From Faecousia sp. (lineage in GTDB: Bacteria > Bacillota > Clostridia > Oscillospirales > Oscillospiraceae): a stretch of DNA of 64,000 nt. Made by a program: the position numbers and the translations under genes. Under the pieces are notes generated by a model. The model saw only the letters and a list, made by a program, of their open reading frames with translations, was not told where the DNA came from and did no database searches. This document shows positions 18,759 to 27,700 of the stretch, in pieces (the first letter of the stretch is position 1; every line of letters starts with the position of its first letter). Location of the stretch: the NCBI GenBank assembly GCA_045532755.1, contig JAZSGN010000030.1, positions 1,161-65,160 of the forward strand, read 5' to 3'.

Positions 18759-21700
18759 TTAGTAAAGTTCTACGGTTACCAGAGCATCCAGGGAGCTGCC
18801 CTGTACGCCCTCGGAAACGGCGGTGACGGTGAAGGTCTGCTCGCCCAGCAGCGTGGGACGGAGCTTAACGGTCCAGACGCCTTCGGAAATCTCCACTGCG
18901 GAGAACCAGACCTCTTCGCCGTAGCAGTTGGTGATGACCAGATCATCCACATCGGCAGAGGTGGTGACGGTCAGGGTGACGGTGGTGGCGACACGGACGG
19001 TGGTTTCCGCGAAGGAGACCGCGTAGATGTCGTTGCCGTCGTCCAGCATATACTGGGCTGCCATCAGAGTCTGGGCATCGGTGGTAACGATAGCCTCAGC
19101 GCCGGCGACCTTCAGGTCGGTCAGCGACAGGACACCGCTGCCGGTGTTGCTGATGACCACATGGACGGAAGTTCCGCTGCTGAGATCATAGCCGGTTCTT
19201 GCCAGCAGATCATAGAACTGGGCGGTGCTGCCGGTAATGCTGATGGCATAGCTTTCATAGCTGCTTGCGCCCTCGGGCATAATGGCCACATTGGCGGTGA
19301 CCGCATTGCCGTCCACGCTCTTCATGCCCAGATCGAAGCCGGTCATGGCATCGGAGAGGGTGAAGGTGAAGGCCACGGCGTTGCCCTGCTTCAGATAGAC
19401 TTCGTTGTTGGCGCCGTAGGTGTTGTAGTTGCCAACATCCACAGAGCCGGAGAAGTCATCGATGTACATGGCGCCGGTGACACTGCCGGTGGAGCTGAAG
19501 CTGCCGTCCTCGATCAGGATGTCACGAACTTCGGTGAAGTAGGGATCCTTTTCGCCGTCGGCAGAGTAGATGCTGCCGGTGGTGAAGGTAGAGGTGGTGT
19601 AAGCATTACCCACCATAGTAGCGGTCTGAATCTTCTCGGAACCGGTGAGGGCGCCGTAGATCCGGACGGCGTCGAAGTAGAATTCGTTGCCCATGACCAC
19701 ATTGCCATTGAAGGAGAAGCCATTGTAGACCTCGATCACCACTTCATAAGTGCCGTAGGTCAGGCCTTCGACACTGACAACGGGGATCTGGTGCAGAGTC
19801 AGCTGACCCTTGTTGATGACGCTGACAGACTGGCTTGCGCCGGTGGCCTTGTTGGTGTAGGTCACACGGATGGTGCCCTGATTTGCATCGGTACGGCTGA
19901 TGATATCGAAGCCGGTGCCGGTGAAGGTGAACTTGGTGTTCACGGGGAACTTACCGTCTTCGCCGGCAGCAACGCCCTGTGCCTTATAGCTGGAGCCGTT
20001 GGACATGGTGGTGTTGCCGATGTAGCTGCTGTCGTAGCCGTAGATCTCGCTGCCCTGGGTGTAGACATCCTGCAGGGCTTCGCCTGCGGCGCCGCCGGAG
20101 ATATGGGTCCAGCCGCTGGCGGAGTTGGTGAAGGCGCCGCCTACATTGCCATCGGTCTCATAGTAGGTAACGGTGGCGGGCAGGATGTTCAGCTGCTTGT
20201 ACATGTAGTACACGCCGTCTTCGATCTTGTCGCCCTTGGTGTAGCCGCCGTTGCCGTCGGAGACTGCGTAGTACTCCTGGAAGGCAACCGCTACGAACAC
20301 ATTTTCCACACCCTTCATAATGGTGGTGGGGATGTAGCGGACCTGGGTTTCGCCGTTGGCGGAGGTGACTACGAACTTGCCGTAGGTGCCGGAGAAGTAG
20401 GTGGCCTCGTTGCCGAAGGTAGTGGTGGTCACGTTCTTCGCGGGAACATAGTCACGCAGATCGTGGGCGGCGGAGTAGGTGGCGAAGCCAACGATCTCCA
20501 TGGTGTACCAGTACTTGGTATCATCTTCGGTATTGGGGCGGACATCGGCATAGCCGGCCACATAGGGCATTTCCGCCTCGGAGAACACATTGATATCCAT
20601 GGGCTTGCCATAGTCGATGACTACGGTGGTATCGCCCATAGGCCGCAGGGACTCGCCCAGATCGGTCATGACAACGGGGATATCCAGCACCACGCTGGTA
20701 CCGTAACCGCCGGAGGCATCGGTATAGAGCAGCAGGTTGTTGATGTTGTTCAGGCTGCTGTTCTTCGTCCACACCACGGGGTTTGCGATGCCGGCGGTGG
20801 AGTTGGTAACGGTGGCGGCTGCGGTGGTATCGTAGAGGATGTTGGTACCTGCCAGACCTGCCTGGGCCAAAGCATCCAGGGCGGTGACGGTCAGGGCGTT
20901 GTTCAGCTCTACTTCATACTGGGCGCGGCCGTCCAGGAAGATACGGTTAGCGGGGTTGGTGAAGGGTACGTTGGCGCGGTTGACGAACTGGCCGTCCTTA
21001 TTGACCAGATAGAACCGAACCGTGATGTTGGCAGCGCCCCAAGCCACCTGGGGAACACCGTAGTAGCGCTTGGCATACTTGCCGTATACGTCGATGTACT
21101 CGGCGTAGGCATACTCGTTGGTGGCGTATACGCCGGGATTTGCCTCTCTGGGGTTATCCAGAGAACCTTCCAGATAGGCGTAGTACTGCATGGAAACTTC
21201 CCGGTCGGTAACGGTGCCGATCTTCCACTGGATGTTTTCCTGGGTGATGGTCTTACCGTCGACGGTGACTTCCCGCATGCCGTAGGTGAAGGTGTCGGCA
21301 TCGATGACGATGTCATAGGTAACTTCCTCATAATCGCCCTCGGCATTGGGAGCCAGAGAAGTCATGGTGACATTGGTCTTGAGGATGTTCACGCCTTCGC
21401 CGATCACATCGGAGTAAGCCGCAGTGCCATCGGCAGAGAAGGTGACCTTCTCCAGAACATCGGGATCTTCGTTGACACGCAGGCCCAGATGTTCCTCGGT
21501 AACGGTAACGGTCTGCACAGAGCCATCGGTCATGATGACGGAGAGGCTGCTATTCAGATCGGATGCGGTGACCAGACGGTAGGAGTTGATGGTGATGGGG
21601 AAGCTCATAGCCTGCATCTGCGCCAGAGTTTCCGCACTCATGATGCCGCCGGCGGTGATATCGGAGGAGTACATATGGGTGCCGGTGAACAGAGAGAAGC

Positions 21701-24700
21701 TGTTGCCGATGGTGTCGGTTACCCGGGCGTTGGTACCGGCGTAGGCCAGAGCACGGGCCAGAGTGGTCAGGTAGCTGTCCAGCTCTTCCTCGTTTTCTGC
21801 CAGCTCAACGGGAACAACGGTGTTCTGAGCAAGGCCTTCCAGAACCCGCTCCATGTCGTCCAGTCCATAGCTGTAGGAACCGAAGCCGCCGTGGGCCATA
21901 TCGAAGGCCACGGTGTAGGCGCTGTCGATCATGCCCTTGAGCTGAGTGGCCAGCTCATTGTAGTTCTTGATGTGGGTCAGCCAGCTGCTCTCACTTACGC
22001 CATCGGGCTTGGTGTACTTGCCGGAGCCGCTCCACAGAGTATCGGCGCTGCCGGTGGCGTTCTTGCTGTTGTAGTGAGAGGGCGCGCCGTCGGTCATGAA
22101 GACGACGTGGATCTGACGGCCGGACTCTTCGTAGGTGCCTTCGTTATTGGCTTCCCACTTGGCCTTCAGAGCGTTAACGGCATCGATGGCTTCACCGAAA
22201 GCGAAGTCGTAGTTGGTGTTACCGCGGTTGCTGCCGGAAACAGAAGCCTCGCCGTAGCCGTCATCGGAATAGCCGCCGATGGTCAGCTTATAGGAGCCGG
22301 CATTCTCGCTGCCGTTCAGATAACGGACATCGGTAAACTGGGTGTCGGCAAAGACCTGAGATGCGATGGAATAGTCGCTGATACCAACCATGGGGGTTCT
22401 GACGGAGTCCACATGGTCGGAAGAGCCGCCGTGGTCACGGTCAGCGCCGGCGAAGGTAACGAAGGTCAGGGTGTTGTCGCCGCCTTCCACATTCAGCAGA
22501 ATGTCGGCGAACTTGTCGGCGGTGTCCATAGCGATGTCCAGCTTGTCGGTGCCGGAGGCGCCGCCTGCGGGACCCTTCTTATAGTCGTCAGCCGCTTCAA
22601 CTTCCTCGTCGGTCAGGCCGGTGAACCAGTCCATAGACCAGCCCATGGAGTTGGACACGTCAACGATCAGAACTACGTCAACGGAGTTCTTGGTGGAAAC
22701 GCCCGCCGCGGTCAGCTCCAGCTTGGTAACGCCGGTTTCGTTGAAGTCCAGCACGCCGGTGGCGGTCTTGTTCATACGAACAGAGCCGGCATCCGGGAAG
22801 CCGGGGATGGCATCGGCCTCATCCAGACCCGCATAGGGATCTTCCACCACATGGATGGTCAGGGTGAAGGGCTGGCCCGCGTATTCCACGGGAACTTCAT
22901 AGGTACCGATGACGGTGTTGTCGAAGGAATCCATAGCCGTGCCGTCGGCAGCAACGCCGGTGGCATCCGCCAGCTTGAAGTTCAGCTGGTCGAAGGGAAC
23001 CGGGTAGTCATAGCTGCCGTCGGTGCCGGGGAAGGTCATCATAACCGCAACCTTGGAGAAGTTGGGCATGGAGCCTGCGCCGATGGTCAGCTCTTCGGGA
23101 TTCAGTACGGGGGTGGGGTCTGCTTCGGTAACGCTGACACTGACGACCTTGGTGACATAAGGCACGTTATGGGTGGTACAAATGACCGCCATGCCGTAAA
23201 CATCGTACAAGGTAGCCTCAATGGTGGTGGTGCCAACGGAAATACCGGTGATCTTGCCGTTCTGATCTACGGTAGCGACACTGGGATCGCTGGAAGTCCA
23301 CACGATGGTGTAATCTTCTCCATCGACCGTAATGTAATTGTTGTAGATGACAGAGGGAACAACGGGATCGGAAACAAAGCCCTTGGGAATGCTGATGTTG
23401 TTGGGCGCTACGGAATAATTTACGCCGTAGTCATCGGTCATTTCCACAACCTTGTTATACAGGTATACGGAAGCGGGCTCGGTGGTAGCGGTCCAAACGC
23501 CGTCCACATAGTCCAGATAGTAGGGGGTAGTGCCGTTGAAGCCCAGAACAATGCGATACTCGCCATCGATTTCGGAAACGGTTTCCAGATAGATGTGGGC
23601 AGCATTGTCGTGGATCAGCTGGGTTTCCGAGTCGCCGGCGCCCAGATAACGGTTCAGGTTGGAGGCATTGACCTGCAGGCGGGTCACGCCGTCGGGGCCA
23701 ACCACACCCTGCACGCCGGTATCCAGCAGCCAGGCAGCCTGCTGCTCATCGGATGCGCCGATGGTCAGGTAGTCCACAGCGGCGCCGTCGAACAGAGCGC
23801 CGGAATGGATAGTGGAATTCAGCACGCCGTTGGCCAGAGTGACCGCTGCGCTGCTTGCGCCGGTGGAGCCGACGGCGGTGGCGCTGGGATTCTTCAGAGC
23901 AACTTCGCCGTTGCCTGCAACGATGATGTACTCTTCGTTCAGGTTGACACCATCGGTATCCAGAACATAGTGGATGCCGTCCTCATAGGTAACGACGCCG
24001 TCGTAACCGGTGGGATCAAAGTCTTCCACGTGGACCCAGATGGTATCCAGGAACAGCTCTTCGTCAGTGGCGGGATCCACATAGCGAACCAGAGCGGTCT
24101 GGACACCGGGGGTGGAGAAGCTGATGTTGGAGTAGTCAACGGTCAGACCTTCGTCGCCATAGTGGATAACCTTCTTGGTGCCATCGTTGAACTCTACGGT
24201 CAGGACCAGACCTTCCTCAGCGGTAACGCCGTTGGGGCCGGTGATGCTGGACACATAGGTCAGAGCATCGATCAGCTTTGCAGCATCGTCCGCAGTGGCG
24301 GCCTTCTGAATAACGAAGTCGTAGGTGTTCAGGTAGGCGCTGGAAACTTCCCGCTTGGTTACGGTTACAGCCGTAGAATCGAAGTAGGCGGGCTGAGGAT
24401 TCTTGCCGTCGCCTTCGTAAACGGTGTGGCCGTTTACGGAGATGATGTAGGTATAGATGGTGGCAGTGCCGGGGCCCACAGCGGTAACCATGCCGCTAGT
24501 GGGATGCACGGTGGCAACGGTCTCATCGCTGGAAACATAGCCCAGGGTGAAGTTGCCGGCGCTGACGATGGTACCGCCCGCAAGGACAGTAGCGGAAATA
24601 CCTTCCGCATTCTGACCCTCTTCGCCGAAGATCAGAGCCATTTCCTCGGTAGCGTTGACGGAAGGTCCGGCAACGGTAACAGGAACGGTGGCGGTGTACT

Positions 24701-27700
24701 CGGTGCCGTCATCCATGGTGACGGTGGCGGTGACAGAGGTGGTGCCGGGCTTCAGGCCGGTAACGGTGCCGTCGGAAGCTACGGAAACAACGGTGCTGTC
24801 CAGGGCGGACCATTCGATGGTATAGCCCTCGGTGACGGTTGCGTCGTTATGCATGATGCTGTAGTGCAGCTCATGGACGGGGTTCAGATTGGTGGTGTTG
24901 CCGGCAATATACAGAGTGCCGGGAGCTTCAATCTGGATGCCGTCGGTAACGGCAGCGGCGTATTCCATGTAGAAAATGTTCATGGAATCGTCCTTGGCTA
25001 CGGTTACAGTGCCTGCGGAAACGTTCACGGTGACAACGCCGTTGCTGTCGGTGGTGTAGGAAGTGCCGTTGACCTTGACATCCTTGTTGGCGGTGTCCAT
25101 TACCAGAGTCAGCGTGCCATCTTTGGGCGCGGTGAAGCTGAGCTTTGTGGAAGACTCGATCTTCATACCCTGATCGAAGGTTAGATCGCCATAGGAGCCC
25201 GAAATGCCGGTCTTCACGTTACCGGAGATGGTGAAGAAGCCGTCGGCGTCGGTGAGGCCGTCTTCATCGAAGTTGTGCTTCCACAGATCGCTGGTGGTGG
25301 TGCCGCCGCCGGAGGAGGCTTCCGCAACCACAACAGACACATTGGCGGAAACGGTCTTGCCGTTTTCGGTGTAGCTGACGGGCACGGTGTAGGTGCCGGC
25401 GATGGCGGTGTTGATGCCGCTGACATCGTAGGTCAGGTTAGCATTCTCGACGGTCTTCGTGGAGCCGTCGGACATGGTGACGGTCATGGTCACGCCGGTC
25501 AGGTCAACGGTGCCGGAGTTGGCCACATTGACGGTGCTGGGGCTGACGGTGGCGTCGGTGGGGTAGGCGGTAGTTCCGCTCGTTCCACCAGACCATTTAT
25601 AGAGATAAACACCATAATTCTTGTTGTCCGAAGTCGTTCCGGATCTGGTCCAACTGCTGGTATAAGTCAGCCAGCGATTATCTCCTTCCAGATTGATTGC
25701 ATACTTTCCGTCTGCCGCGCTAAGCGCAACTACAGTGCTATTATCTGCAGAAGATGTCTTATTAGACGGGGCAGAATCATTCTTCAGCTTATAATCACCA
25801 TTTGTAATCTGACCGTTATCAAATTTCCAAATAATGTTGGAAGCATCCGCATAGGAGATGTTCACAGTACCGTTGGTAACGGTTACTTCCTTACCGGAAG
25901 TAGATCCGGCTTGCATAGCATAATACTTAGAGCCAGTATACCATACGATAATATACTCGCCACCATCCCAATCTACACTGCCGCTGGTGTCCAGAACAAA
26001 GCCAGAATCGCCAGGCTCGGAGGGATCGGTGGGATCGGTGGGATCGGGATCGGGAGTCGTGCCGCCGGAGGTGGGGGTATACAGCAGCATGGAGGTTTCT
26101 TCGCTGGTCTTGTAGTTCAGCGCACTGCTGTCCACCTTCAGCCACTTACCGTTGTCGCCCTTGACGATGCCGTTGGCCAAATCGACAGTGAACAGGGTAG
26201 CATCGGAGGTGCTGGTAGCTTGCATCTTACCATCATCATTCAGATATACCTTGCTGCCGTTGACCATGCTGTAGAAGTAGCCGGTGTTGGTGCCGGTGGA
26301 TTCCCAGGTAAACAGAGTAAAGCCGGTAGAGGATTCGATGGTGTAGGTATTTTCCTTGCCGCTGACTGCGGTGCGGCTGATGGTGCCGGTTGCCCAGCTG
26401 TCGCCATCCCAATAAGCCGCTCTGTCCAGATTGGACTTGTTGCTGAACAGGTACTGATTGCCGTTGACCATGGCATCGGCAATCACATACTCGTTGCCAA
26501 CAGGGTCGGGAGTGGTGGGCTCGGCCGCGCCGCAGGAGGAGCAGGTGCCGTCCACATAGGTGTGGCCGGTGGCGGGAATGGTCTCGGTGTAGGTGTGAGA
26601 GGCATCGTTCTGGCAGGTGTAGGTCATTACACCGGTTTCCGTACAGGTGGGAGCCTTGGTTTCCACGCCTGCGTCGTAGCTGTGGCCCAGAGCCGCGATG
26701 GTCTCGGTCTTGGTGCCGCCGCACTCAGAGCAGGTGTAGGTCATAACACCGGTGCCTTCGCAGGTGGCCGGAGTGGTAACCACGCCCTCACCCCAAACGT
26801 GGGTGTGGGTGGTAGAGTCGACCTTCTTATACAGATACAGCACATTGGGCTGATCGGTTCCCTTGTACTGATCGCCACGGCTCCAGCTGTTGCCGCCGCA
26901 GATCAGGTCGCGGGGATAATCGCTCTGCATCTTCAGCACGATCTGATAAGTGCCGTCGGAATTGCCAATTTTCGCAGCATAGCTGAGCTTTTCCGTTGTA
27001 GTGAACGAAGCGCTGCCATCGTTCAAATAGTAGGTTCCATTCGTAATATTATACGAACCGTAAGTAATTCCATTGGGGGACTCGAAATCCGCTCCCTTAG
27101 CAAAATCAAATTCCATCTTCGCAGCAGAAGCGGAATCCAGCGTAATCACTCCGTTAACGGGAGTAACCACAGTAGAAGACATAGAGGTATTGCTGCTGTT
27201 GGTAGTCAGCGCATAGTATTTGCCATCTACCAAACCGACAATCAGGTAATCTCCGCCATCTTCGATCACACCATCGGTGTCCAGCGCATACTGAATGTCG
27301 CCTGTGGCAGGCTCGGTAGTAGTTTCGGTAGTAGCCTCGGTGGTAGCCTCGGTGGTAGCTTCCGTGGTAGCTTCGGTGGCGGGCTCGGAGTAGTCCGCGT
27401 CCTTTTCGCCGCAGCGGGTGCAGGTGCCGTCTACATAGTTGTGGCCCAGAGCCGCGACGGTTTCGGTGTAGCTGTCGCCGCAGGCGCAGGTGTAGGTGCG
27501 GGTGCCTGCGGTGGTGCAGGTAGCCACGGGGTCTTCCACGGCGGTGTAGTCGTGGACATGGGGCTCTTCCTCGGCCGCTTCGTTGACGATGATGTTCAGG
27601 GTCACCTGAGCAGGCTCAGACAGTTCGTAGGATACGCCGTCCTTGCTGATGCTGTTGACACTGACCACAATGCTGGTGGTGCCGCGGGCAACGCCGGTGA

